Assembly: GCF_009914755.1 (NCBI RefSeq)
Contig: NC_060937.1
Length of the DNA: 64,000 nucleotides
DNA from: the human T2T-CHM13v2.0 reference genome, Homo sapiens
Direction: 5' to 3' (one strand)
In this document: positions 28,285-41,627 of the stretch, piece after piece
How positions within the stretch are numbered: position 1 is the first letter of the stretch
Layout of the letters: each line of letters begins with the position of its first letter
The notes under the pieces: model-generated
The model's input: the letters and a program-made list of their open reading frames with translations, nothing else
Told to the model about the DNA's origin: nothing
Database searches by the model: none
Position numbers and translations under genes: made by a program

Positions 28285-29130
28285 AATAGGAAACAAGACT
28301 TTAAATTTTAAAAAAGGAAGTTTTATAGTGAATGGATATAAAAACAAATTTGTGGCATTTTTAGTCTAATGCATGTTTTCATCCACTATCCAGTACTGAT
28401 TATTAAAATGACATGTATTTATCAGAGAATTCACTGACGTGTGGCTTAATGTAAATCTAGACCTCTGACATCATGGTGTTTTCTTAATGCCTCACATTGC
28501 TGGCACGGGGATGTGCCCTGCCTGCCAGCACCTAGGACTTCGAGTTGGGTTGCAGCTTATGACATGCATGATAGGTTTTGGAAGGTAACTTTTAACTGCA
28601 AACCTATAAAGTACTATTTTTTATTTTATAAATGAACAGGGTTTTAACGTGCTCAACTTTAATTTTTTTCAATTGTATGAAGGCCTTAAAAAAGCTACAT
28701 TAAGCGTAGCTAAAATTATTTATTGGACTAAAAACTAACAGAACTTCATTTCCAGAATTTTTTTTTTTTTTTTTTTGGCAAATGTTTACATTCAATTAAG
28801 GGGAAAAAGTAGAACCAGCACAAATGAGTGGCAGTTGCTGGAGCATAACTGCTTCAATAAATCTTCATCTTGGGGTAATTACAGGCAAGTCATTTTCACA
28901 TCCTCTTGAGGTTCAGAGCATCAGAATGAACTCTATGAATACATGTGTAAGTGCCAGACAGCTGAATCTTTATCAGGTATTGTAAAGATACACATATGAT
29001 ATGTTTATTAAAATTGAAATAATGTAAAACACATGAATAAATTTGCAAAACCAAGATCACAGTACACCATATGCACTCTGGTACCTTAATTTTTTTTTAT
29101 AAATAATAAAAGTGAATATTGAAGCTTCTT
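28285..29130 (+). other. TPP2: TPP2 3'UTR (to the likely main poly(A) site; a longer form is possible)
   Basis: AU-rich sequence after the stop codon with AATAAA at 28856, 29036 and 29105; the 3' end is approximate. Confidence 0.7.
29105..29110 (+). terminator. Candidate TPP2 polyadenylation signal AATAAA
   Basis: AATAAA preceded by a U-rich run and followed about 25 nt later by GT/T-rich sequence (gttggtcttaatttttc). Confidence 0.6.
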
Positions 29131-29838
29131 AAAGTTGGTCTTAATTTTTCATAAATAAAATTTGGGGTTATAACAGAAATAATACATTAAATACATAGAC
29201 AAAAAAAGTTAAACATAAGATAATCTATTTTACAGTGTTTCTTATAGGCTTACAATTATTTGAATGTATTTCCAGTTCTTGTATGATTAACTTTTGTGCA
29301 TATCTAACTTTTTATTATTTTTATCTTTGGCTACTGCACGTGCATCTCTCGTCATTCCTCCACCAAATAAACAGACAAAAGTAGTATTGAAAAGTTTACA
29401 GTCCCTTATCTAATGGCAAATTGTGTGTATGTATGATTTTTTTATCTTGTTCTCTTAAGATTTACTGCTGCTTAAAATTACTACCAGTAATCCTTAGTCA
29501 CTCCCAACTGTTTCTGCTGTATCTCATGAAGTGTTAGAGCATTTATGAGAAACATAAATACATGTATAAGCATATTGGTCACACCTTCTGGGCCAGCTAG
29601 AGTCCAAAGTCTATCCATGAAAGCTACATGCATGTTCTCTCTCACACACTCATGGACTTTCACCTGCACACACATACAGGTCCCCATTTGTATAGGTTTA
29701 GTCCAGTAAGAGAATGGAGAAGCTCAGTAAAGGTAGGATGACTTCCCAAGGTTATACGGCTGATCAACTGTTGGAAATTAATTACAGACCTTGCTTTACA
29801 ACCCAGGTTTTGCTATTTCAGGTAAGTACTACCTACAG

Positions 29839-29935
29839 CAGGAATCAGTAACGTTTGGCCCTTTAACCCAAACTGGACTGCTGCCTGTTTTTGTAAATAA
29901 AGTTTTATTGGAACAGAGCCATGCCTATTCATTTG
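29839..29935 (+). mobile_element. MER58A-like hAT-Charlie MITE fragment
   Basis: Signature ctgcctgtttttgtaaataaagttttattggaacagagcca. Confidence 0.8.
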
Positions 29936-32279
29936 TGACTCCTGTAACTGGAGGCAGTTATACAAAGCTGCCATGTTAGCTCCTGTTTCCTGTCTGGTTC
30001 ATTCTGCATTTCTGTGGTGACAAGTGGACCCAAGTAAGCTCTAGAAGATGTTCTCAGTAAAATCATTACTGTTTCTATGTGATTACATTAAAAATAATAC
30101 AAACAGTAGGATGGTACTTCAAAAAGTCAAGCAGTTTTCCTGTTTCTGGTCACAGTAGCCAATGTTTGCACACCCACTGAAAACAATTGAAAAAACTAGG
30201 TAAAAATAACTTTTTAAAGAACCATTAGAGACAGTACAGGGTATGTGCTCAATACTGGTTCTGTGGCCCCTTTCCAATAATAAGAGGCAGTTCTCAATTG
30301 TTACTGGGAGGAGTTTTGCCATCTCATGGGATTTCTTTCCTTCCTCATGTTAGCATGCTTTCTGGGAGAACTTCTCTTTACCCCAGAAGAGCCCCACCTG
30401 CTTCTCTTCTTAGGCACCACAAATCTCAAACCCTTTCTCCCTCCACCCCCAGCTCTAATGAAATGTGCAGGGACTGGATGACTGGAAGCCCCAGCCTGGG
30501 TCTCTGCTGTCTAATCCTGGCTCAAGTACTGACAAGTCAAATCACTTGACCCCCATGAATCTCCTTAAGAAAATCGTGGTGTTGAATCAGTGTGTCTATT
30601 CCAACTAAAAAAATTATTTCATTTGAATTAACTGAGTCTTTGCCTCCACTGTGTTTCGTTCTCCGTCCTCCCAACAACCCAGCATTCAGAATACATGTGT
30701 CTTTGTCTTTCCCTTTAGGATCTAAGTCAGAGAAGCCTTCATAGGGAGATAGATAATAGGGATTCTTGCTATCTCCCCTAAAGGGGAAGGGGAGGAAACC
30801 TTGAATGGAGAGAATTTTTTGAGGAATAAAGAAGTGAGAAACTGAATTTCAAGAGTCTCAGTCTGAACATAGCAAACCAAGGGGTGAAGAATTTATCAGT
30901 AGTCATGGGTGGTAAACTGAAAAAGGGAAGCTGACTAAGTAAAATCCCGGAAACCAGAAGAGGAAGATGTAAGTGACGCTCTAACATGAAGGGTTTTTGG
31001 GCATCCCAATCAGCAGAATTTCTACCTGCCTTCTGGTACCCTGAGACAGCCAGGTCAGGATGTGATGGTGCAGTACCTGCTAGCACTTTGCTGCAGAATG
31101 CCTCTGCACTCAGTTCTGCAAATGTACTGTTTTAGTTTCATTTAAACCCCCTTTTTTTGTGAGAAGATTTCAAACATCAGGCAAGTTTGTAATGAATTCA
31201 AGCTGAGTTCTCTCGAGGGACAAACATGTATAACTACAGTTCCAGTGTCAGTGCCAGCTGTCAGGTTTTCACTGTGCAGCTAGGGCTGCCTGCATACCCA
31301 GTCATGTAAACCAAATTCACTCTAGAATCGGCCAGGTCTTACCAAAATGCAAATAGAATACAAAGCAACTGGAAATATATTTCGTAATTTCATTTTATGT
31401 GTGATTTTAAAAGTTAAGCTACTTCAAAACTCATCTGTCTAACTTATTTTCACTAATAAGTGTAACTTGCCTGGAATTTGGCAGATCTAAGCTGGGCTTG
31501 GGCTAGATGGTTTCAAGCCTGAGTCATTAAGATGTGAAATTTACAGAAACAACAGAGGATTGAGGAACAAGTTAAAGGACACTCTAATGGTGCAGTCTGC
31601 ATAATGCAGTAGTATGAAATTCTACAAAAAACCAAGATGAAAGGAGGATCAGATTTAAGAGACATACTAATCAAATTTGGACCTGATTGGGTTCTGATTG
31701 AAACTAAAAATAAATGTCATGACACTTACAAGACAATTGGAAATTTGAACACTACATATTTTAACGTATAATGTTACTTATTTAATATAAAATTATATTT
31801 TAGATGTGATAGTATTGTGGTTACGTATCTTGTATAGATACAACCTGAATTTACAAAAGGAATGATTTGTCTGATTTGATTCAAATTAATATGGGAGCAG
31901 AGAAAGGAATGGTTTAGATTAACCACGGTTTTCCATGAGTTGAAATATACTTACTTAGCAGAATATTGAGCTATAGTTGCCATATAATAAACTGCACGTG
32001 TTTAAAATGTGCAGTTAGTCTACTTTATTTAAAATTTTCTCTAATAGTGTAAAGAAAAAGGTAACTAATCAATTCAGCCATTCTAAAAGGACACTTCATT
32101 TACAAAATAAGCATAGGATCATATTCCTTTGCCCTGGAAATGTGAAAAGTTTTTAAGAAGACATTTAAAGGAACAAGTTTCATTGCTGTAATTTTCTTAA
32201 TAGATTCCTCTACATTGTATATTTGAAAGATAGAGGATTTGAAAGAAAATTTGCATAACATTTGGGACAAACCATGGGT

Positions 32280-33720
32280 TTTTTAACAGCTTTATTGAAG
32301 TGTACTGAACATATGATAAAGTTTAACCATTTCAAGTGTGCAGTCTAATGTCTGGAATGCAGCCATCAGCACAATCTGGGTTTTTAGCACTTCCCAATCA
32401 TCTGGAAGAACTCCCTCAAGCTCATTTGTAGCCAGTCTCCGTTCCCACCCCTAGCCTCAGCCAGTGAACTGCTTTCTAATCCTATACTTTTTCTAGAAAT
32501 TTTATATACATGGAATCGCAATATGTAATTTTTTGTGTCTTCTTTCGCCTAATGTAATGTTCTTAAGTTTCAGCCACTTTGGGTGTATCTGTTCATTCCC
32601 TGTTGCTGCTGTGTATACTGTGTTGTGTGATGTACCACATTTTGTTCATTCACCAGTTGATGGATGTTTGGATTGTTTATATTTGAGGCTATTAGGAATC
32701 ACGCTGCTGTGCTGCTGTGAACGTTTGTTTACAAGTCTTTGTATGGGCATATCTTTTCAAGTAATGTTGTGTAGATATCTAGGAATGAAATTGCTGAGAT
32801 GTGGTATATTTCTTTTTACATTGTAAGAAACTAGCAGACCATTTTCAAAATGACTATCATTTGACATTCCTACTAGCAGTGTGTGAGACTTGCAAGCTTT
32901 GCACTTCCTCATCAACACTTGATGATATCACCTTCTTAACTTTGGCCATTCTACTGGTTGTGTTACAGTATCTCATTTTAATTTGCATTTCTCCAGTAAA
33001 TGAACTTACTAGACACTTGTATATCTTCTTTGATAAAGTTTCTATTCCGATATTTTGCCCATTTTTTCAGTTGTTGGATTGTCTATCTTGAGTTGTGAGA
33101 GTTTTTTTTTATGTGTTTTGGATACAAGCTGTTTTTTAGATGTGTGTTATGCAAATATTTTCTCCCAGTGTGTTTCTTGCTATGTTGCCCAAGCTAGATT
33201 TCTGGATTCAAGTTATCCTCCTGCTCGGCCTTCTGAGGAGCTGGTACTACAGGCACGTGCCACCGCACCTGGCCCAGTGTGTGTAATAGTCTTTTGAAGA
33301 GCAAAACTTTTAAATTTTCATAAGGACCATCTCAGCATTTTTTTCATTTACAAGTTGTACTTTTGGTATCATATCTAAGATATCTTTGTCTAACTTAAGC
33401 TAACAAAGGTTTTTCCCTATGTTTCCTTACAGAAGTTTTACAGTTGTTATAGCTTTAGTTCTTGTATTTAGGTCTGTGATCCATTTCAATTTAATTTTTG
33501 TGTATAGTATGAGAGAAGGGTCAAGGTCGTGTGTGTGTGTGTGTGTGTGTGTATACAATTTGAACACTAATTTAAAAAGCTATACTTTCCCATTGAATTA
33601 CTTTGGCACCTTTGTCAAAAATCAGTTAACCATATATGTGTGAGTCTATTTCTGGACTCTGTTCCATTGATGTATACATCTATTTTTATGCTGAAATCAA
33701 CTGACTTGCTTATTGGGCTT
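32280..33720 (-). mobile_element. Ancient L1M 3' region with an Alu monomer fragment (about 33170-33275) and (TG)n (33528-33552)
   Basis: cagctttattgaagtgta...; tatgcaaatattttctcccag; ctttggcacctttgtcaaaaatcag. Confidence 0.8.
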
Positions 33721-34432
33721 CATACTAACAAAGCAACGTTTTCCAGATTGAGTGACTTTCCTGGCCTTGCTCACACAAGACAGAGAAGCAGCTGCAAGTA
33801 AAATTGGCTGGAATAATTGGGAGTCACCAGGCAGATACCCTGTGCTTTCCACACAGTATCCAGATGTAGAAGACACGCTGCCTTTTCCTACAACTTTTCT
33901 TCTGTTTTGGGGGTTCTGATCTTGTAAGTTTTATATCCTAAGGGAGGACATTGCAAAAGGAATGTTCATTTTCCTTCCCTTTTGCTTGAGAGAAAGACGA
34001 CTTCTTTAGCACCATATATATATATATAAACATATATATTTATACGTGGGAGTGGGGGAAACATGATTTCCTTTTTAAAAAACAGTCTTAAAATCTTGGA
34101 AACAGGTTTGTATCAGGTAGATCTTGCTGTTAATGAATCCACTGTTGCTTATTTTAAAAGAAGAAACTTTAATCACCATCAAGAGGAATTGAAGAGTATT
34201 TAAAAACATCACCAAATTTACCTGAGAGACTCATTCTCAGAAGGCAAATATCAATAAAGGAGAAAATAGAGATAATTAAATCTTTGGAATTATGGCTAGA
34301 ATGCCCATTTGTTCCTTAAACTTACTTCTTGTTTTACAGGCATATTTAAAGATCACTTTAAGAAATACCCATATGTGTTATTAGAAAGTCATACTAATTG
34401 CTGTCTCAATTATTGCCTCTTTAAAGTACTAC

Positions 34433-34730
34433 TTTTTTTTTTTTTTTTTGAGACAGAGTCTCGTTCTGTCGCCCAGTCTGGAGTGCAGTGGCGAGATCTT
34501 GGCTCACTGCAAGCTCCGCCTCCTGGGTTCATGCCATTCTCCCGCCTCAGCCTCCCTAGTAGCTGGGACTACACTACAGGCGCCTGCCACCACACCCGGC
34601 TAATTTTTTTATTTTTAGTAGAGACAGGATTTCACCGTTCACAGGATGGTCTCGATCTCCTGACCTCGTGATCCGCCCGCCTCGGCCTCCCAAAGTGCTG
34701 GGACTACAGGCGTGAGCCACCGCACCCATC
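34433..34730 (-). mobile_element. Alu (AluY-like)
   Basis: gcaagctccgcctcc...ccattctcc diagnostics; TSD aaagtactac at 34423 and 34731. Confidence 0.92.
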
Positions 34731-34769
34731 AAAGTACTACTTCTTATGAAGCCTGTCTTCCCACCAGGT

Positions 34770-35200
34770 TCTTCAGGAGCATCTTGATTCTTCTTGGCCT
34801 TTTTATTTTCACATGATTTTAGACTTAGCTTGACAAATTCCACAGGAAAGTATATTGGGATTTTTACAATGATTTCACGTAAGCTGTTGATCAATTTGGA
34901 GAAAACTGACATATTTACAATGTCTTCCAATGCACAAACTTGATGTCTCCCCATTTACTTACGTTAGTTTTAATTTGTCTCGATAATGCTAGATACATTT
35001 GCATCAATTTCTTGCCCATCTTTTGTTAGATTGATTCCTAAGTCTTCACTATTGCAATTGTAAGTGGTATCTTAATTTAAATTTCATTTTCTAACTATTT
35101 GTAGTTAGAATTTACAAATAAGATTGAGCTTTCACTATTGACATTTGGCAACCTTGCTAAACTCTTACAAATTCCAATAATTTCACTGTGGATCGCCTGC
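34770..35200 (-). mobile_element. Old L1 ORF2 fragment
   Basis: atcaatttggagaaaactgacatatttacaatg; ttttgttagattgattcctaag. Confidence 0.65.
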
Positions 35201-35204
35201 AGTT

Positions 35205-35321
35205 CCAGGGGTTGGTAAACTATGAGCTGTGAACCAAATCTAACTTGAGGCCTGTTTGGGCAGGCTAAGAAGGTTCTTACCTTTTCATAAATGGTTGTAA
35301 AAGCAAACAAACAAACAAACA

Positions 35322-35360
<39 letters not shown>

Positions 35361-35395
35361 AGTATGTGACTAGAGAGCCTAAAATACTTGCTGTG
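35205..35395 (+). mobile_element. MER58B-like MITE with internal (CAAA)n/(TA)n
   Basis: caggggttggtaaactatg...gctaagaagg...aaatggttg...agcctaaaatac. Confidence 0.65.
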
Positions 35396-35745
35396 AAAAA
35401 AGCAGACAATACAGAAATTAACTAGAAATTATTAAGATAATTGACACAGAGGGAGACTCTTTGTAAATTATCTTAAGAAGTTCTTAAGACAACATTGTTC
35501 TCATTCCGGCAGTTTTATTTTTCACTTTTAATCAACTTTAAGCCTATTAACTGTTTTCTATCATTCAATATCCTCTTTTTGCTGCAGTTAAAAATCTGCA
35601 AAAGTAGATTCTTCAAACTAAGATATAGTGACTCTGTCAAGCCCAGTTTCAAAAAGCATGTGACAAGACTATATTGCCAAGTTTAAACATATGCTCTATA
35701 GCAGAAATAGGGAAGAAATTCACTTATTACTTTATCCATGTAAGA

Positions 35746-35751
35746 TTTATT
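35746..35751 (-). terminator. Candidate METTL21C polyadenylation signal AATAAA
   Basis: tttatt on + at 35746-35751, about 260 nt downstream of the METTL21C stop codon. Confidence 0.65.
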
Positions 35752-36010
35752 AAACATGTAACTTCGTTGGAACCAACAAAGCTACTTTCATGTTTTTATG
35801 TTGTTCTTTTTAGATATTTAGATTAACCAGATAATCTTAAATTATCTTAGAAATTAGAAAGTTTCTGCAGTATTGTTACATTTGTTCCAAGTATACAAGT
35901 TGTTTCTATGCACTACCTTCTCAATCCTGTGAAAGAAGTCTATTACCAAAGCAATTTCTAACACATTGCTCAAAAGACACAGTAACGTTGTGAAAGGCAT
36001 TTTGTTGGAT

Positions 36011-36665
<655 letters not shown>

Positions 36666-36902
36666 AACAGAGATTCAGAGTCATGCCTCTGGACTCAACT
36701 TCGTCCCATGGAAACTGGTTGATTGGAGTTTATTAACCTCTCTGAGACTCAATGATCTCTGTAGATAACAGCAGTAATTCCTGCCGCATGACATTTTGGG
36801 GAGAGTCACTGAGTGAAGTTAGGACCAGGCACCTAAACCACAGCCTGTCATAGAGTAAGCACTTGCTATTGTTGTTACAGTAAAGATCTGGATACTAGGT
36901 CA

Positions 36903-37037
<135 letters not shown>

Positions 37038-37589
37038 CTAAAAAATAATTATAACTTTTCATGTGGGCATTGGAACATTGGAAACCAGTAGCAACCCTTT
37101 CTGGCACCCAAATTTAAATACTAAAAGACATGTTATTACATATGTTCAGTTTATATTCATAAGAACCCAAATGTACACTCAATGCCATATTTAGACCTCT
37201 GAAATAAAGAAGTTATAATAAATTGCATCTCAGGAACTGGGGAAAAAGATTTGTTAAATTGCCTCCTAAATCTCCAAAGAATAGGAAGAACAGTAGATCA
37301 GCTTAGCTCTTTCAAATCAGGGCAATGTTGGGCTAAAAGAACAGCAACTCCTTCCACTGGTTTAATCATGTTGGTCTCCAACTGCTTTAGGAATGTTGTT
37401 TTATGTTAGAATTCTTTCTTGTAAGAGAGTTTTTTAAATTATAGAAGTAATTTTTTAAAATGTCAATTTATAAACTTGAACACCTCTTTCCTGACTCCTT
37501 TACCAAAATTCAGGTTGGCGAGCACTTTGCCGTATTGAGCGACGGGTTAGTGACTTTTTTTAAAGTGGTTCTTCTAAGAAACAGACAGT

Positions 37590-37757
37590 TCAGAAACTGC
37601 TTCTCAGACTTCAGTGTGCAAACAGATTCCCTGGATAGCTTGTTAAAGATGCAGATCCTCATTCAGTAGGTCGAGAGTGGGGCTCAAGATCCTGCACGTC
37701 TAAACAAGCCCTGACATGATGCTCATCTGCTGGCCCATGTACCCACTTTGAGTAGTA
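37590..37757. mobile_element. MER5A-like MITE
   Basis: cttgttaaagatgcagat...attcagtaggtc...ccactttgagtag. Confidence 0.75.
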
Positions 37758-39063
37758 GCAAGCAGATTTTTTTAAATGTTTTATATATCAACAAATATTG
37801 TTAGTTTTTTATACAGGAAATCAAACTTCCCTTTCTTCTTTATTCGTTCTCTTCTCCCTCCACCTTCCTCTAACCTTTCCACAAAGAGTAAAGGGTATTT
37901 GATTTGCATTGATTGCTGAGGTGTTTACGTGTATGGCAATGAGGCATCAACTAGCAGTGCCCTTGATTGGAGAGATTAGGAAGAGTTATGAGAAGAAATG
38001 ACAAAAAGTTACTTAAATTTGAGTATAAATAGCCCAGCGTGAGGAACGTGAACACTGAGATTTAAAAAACAATGAACTCTATAATTTACTTATACATTTA
38101 GGCCCTAGCTAAAGATATGCCCCCATCTTCCTCTGGACTCTACTTTCTATTTGGGGCCCAGTTTGGAGTGGGGGCAGCCAGGATGATTGGAGACGTGTCA
38201 CTCTTAGGATTACCAGTGGTAGGTTTGGTAGCCAACCTGACCCTGTACGTCACTCCATTTCATCCTCATCTGTTCATATTGAACTGCCACGGGCAAAGAT
38301 GAATATGACGCAGTCACCTCTACTGTCTGGGAACTCAGTGGTGGGGCTTAGGGGCCATGTCAGCCAATTACAAACTGAATTCTGGGGAGGTAAGTGCTGT
38401 AGAGGAGGCAGACAGCTGGTTGAAGGGAGAGGGGTCACCACAGAGCCGCCGAGGAGTCTGGGCCGACTTCATGGGGCCGGGGAGAAGCCAGCTGGTGTGG
38501 AAGGCCAGGGCGGTGGGTAAAATAGCAACATGGTGTGACATAAATAGCACCAACTGCAGCACGCTGCAGGGAGCTCCAGAGCTTAGAAGGGAAGTTTTGA
38601 AGAAAGGAGTTCTTTGGTCCTTAAGGAGAGAAGAGAAGTATTTGCTGTGGGGGCTGGGAGGAGGGGGTCAATGTCAGGAAAAGAGTGTCACCTAGAGCCA
38701 TTCAGAGGGCAGCTCTGAGGAACTTCCTGGAGATGGCTGCAGGGGTCCTTCCTGGTGCCCTGCCCTGTGAGGGGCTGGCCGCAGGGTGTCATGCGGAGAC
38801 AAAGCTTTTCTCAGGGACAGCTGTGTCTTTTGACATTGCAAACATTCCCCCCCCAGCCCCTTGTCCTGTTAGCAAACTCTGAAGAGATCTTTTCACAGAG
38901 TTGCACCTGAAGTCGCACAGGAAAAGGGCGCCTTCCCACTCTAGATGCCCTTCTTGTGCAGCTTTCAGGAAGCAGGTTTCATGAGAGGCTAGTGTTTGGT
39001 GCATGAGTGATACCTTGTTCAGAATAAAACAGGGGGACAAATATTCTTTTTTCAATTTCTGAT

Positions 39064-39208
39064 CTTTTTTTTAAAATTATTATTTTTAAAAGGGAGATGG
39101 GGTCTCACTATGTTGCCCAGGCTGGTCTCAAACTCCTGAGCTCAAGCGATCCTCTTGCCTCGGCTTCTGAAAGTGCTGGGATTACAGGCATAAGCCACAT
39201 GCCCGGCC
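39064..39208 (-). mobile_element. Alu monomer (FLAM-like)
   Basis: gagatggggtctcactatgttgcccaggctgg...gcccggcc. Confidence 0.85.
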
Positions 39209-40069
39209 TCTGATCTCTTACTATACCACTTTCTCGCTACACCACTGCTGTCGTCTATTTGCTGAATGTGTTACAATAGGAAGCTGTGAGTAGTTTGGTG
39301 ATTTTCAAACTCGTTTTTAAGGCAAAGAAAAGCCTTTAGTTGAAGGAAATTATATGCATAAGGTGTAAAAATAGAGCTCCCTGTTTGGGAGTGAGTGAAG
39401 GTCGACACCTAAGAGCCTGAAGCCCTTTGGCTACCCTTCTCCCCATCCTGTGCCATCGCCAGATGACCTGAGGGAGCCCCGTGGAACCACTAACCAGGAA
39501 TACTCAATGTGGGCACCCTGGCCCAGCAGATAGGCATCACCCCGGAATGTGTAAGACCTCCTGAATCAGAATCCGCATTTTAACAAGACTGCAGATTGAG
39601 AACTTCTGATCTGGAGCCTTTCTAATCACTGACAACATCCGCAGTGGGAAAAGCAACCACGCTGGCTCCGAGGGCCACTGTCCATCTTGGCTCTGCCCTG
39701 CACCCCAGTCGGGAGCTTTACCACGCCAGCAGACTGGCCTGCGTTCCCATTTCCTCAGCTGAAAGGTGGAAAGAATATTACATTAATGAGGACAGTTCAT
39801 GTGAGCTTACGCTAGGACTTCATTTAATCTCACAATCTGAAATTAATTCTCACAATTCTGACAACCACGTCAGGAGCACTGTAGACATTACGACCACCCT
39901 AGGTTTTAAATATGGAAATGAAGGCAAACGGAGGTGAGGTGAACATTTGTGACTACCCAGCCCTGAAATGGCAGCTTTTCTGACTAAAAATCCAGAGGAC
40001 TGCCCCCATTTCAGCGCCATCCTCTCAGGGCTGTGGCAGGGGTGACATGCCACAAAGTCATGCTTCCTA

Positions 40070-40477
<408 letters not shown>

Positions 40478-40771
40478 CTAAACTCTAAATCCCTGGGTTT
40501 ATTCTTAACAATTTATACAAGTTTTGCATTCACTTCCTCATATAGCTGAGTTTATTTAATATAAAAATAATGTTTCGAGAAACAGAGCTTGAAGCAAAAC
40601 CAGTGTTTCTGAAAGAAACACTGTTTTTGCTGATCCCAAGCACTCCACCAACACCCTCCAGGGGGCAAGCAACTGAACCTCAAATTGAGAAGCAGGATAT
40701 GAAGGAACTTGACAAATTGTCCAAGGCAACTCTGAAGTACGGAATTGTTATCTCCAGAAATCCTGACATCA

Positions 40772-41017
<246 letters not shown>

Positions 41018-41315
41018 CTAAGATGGCATTAGATTGAATGACCTTTACATAAAGAGAAGGGATGATGCTATCAAGGAGAACGGCTGCAAATTGGCACAAA
41101 ATTGAATTATATGGGGTGATGGGGACATGAAATTTGGATGTGACAGTTTTATCAGATGACAAAATGCCAAAGAATGCTCTGGGCCTTTTCTTTATTTAGG
41201 GGAGGACAGAAGATGTGTGGATCGGTCCCCACCCTAAATTTTGCTGATGGAAAAATGGCGAACTTACCAGCAAAATTGCACGAATGAGCTGTCTGGATAC
41301 AGAGGAACTAGGTAA

Positions 41316-41627
<312 letters not shown>

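Noticed and set aside
28693-28711. Small AGCTAC...GTAGCT hairpin in the TPP2 3'UTR
   Set aside because: Only 6 bp; expected by chance
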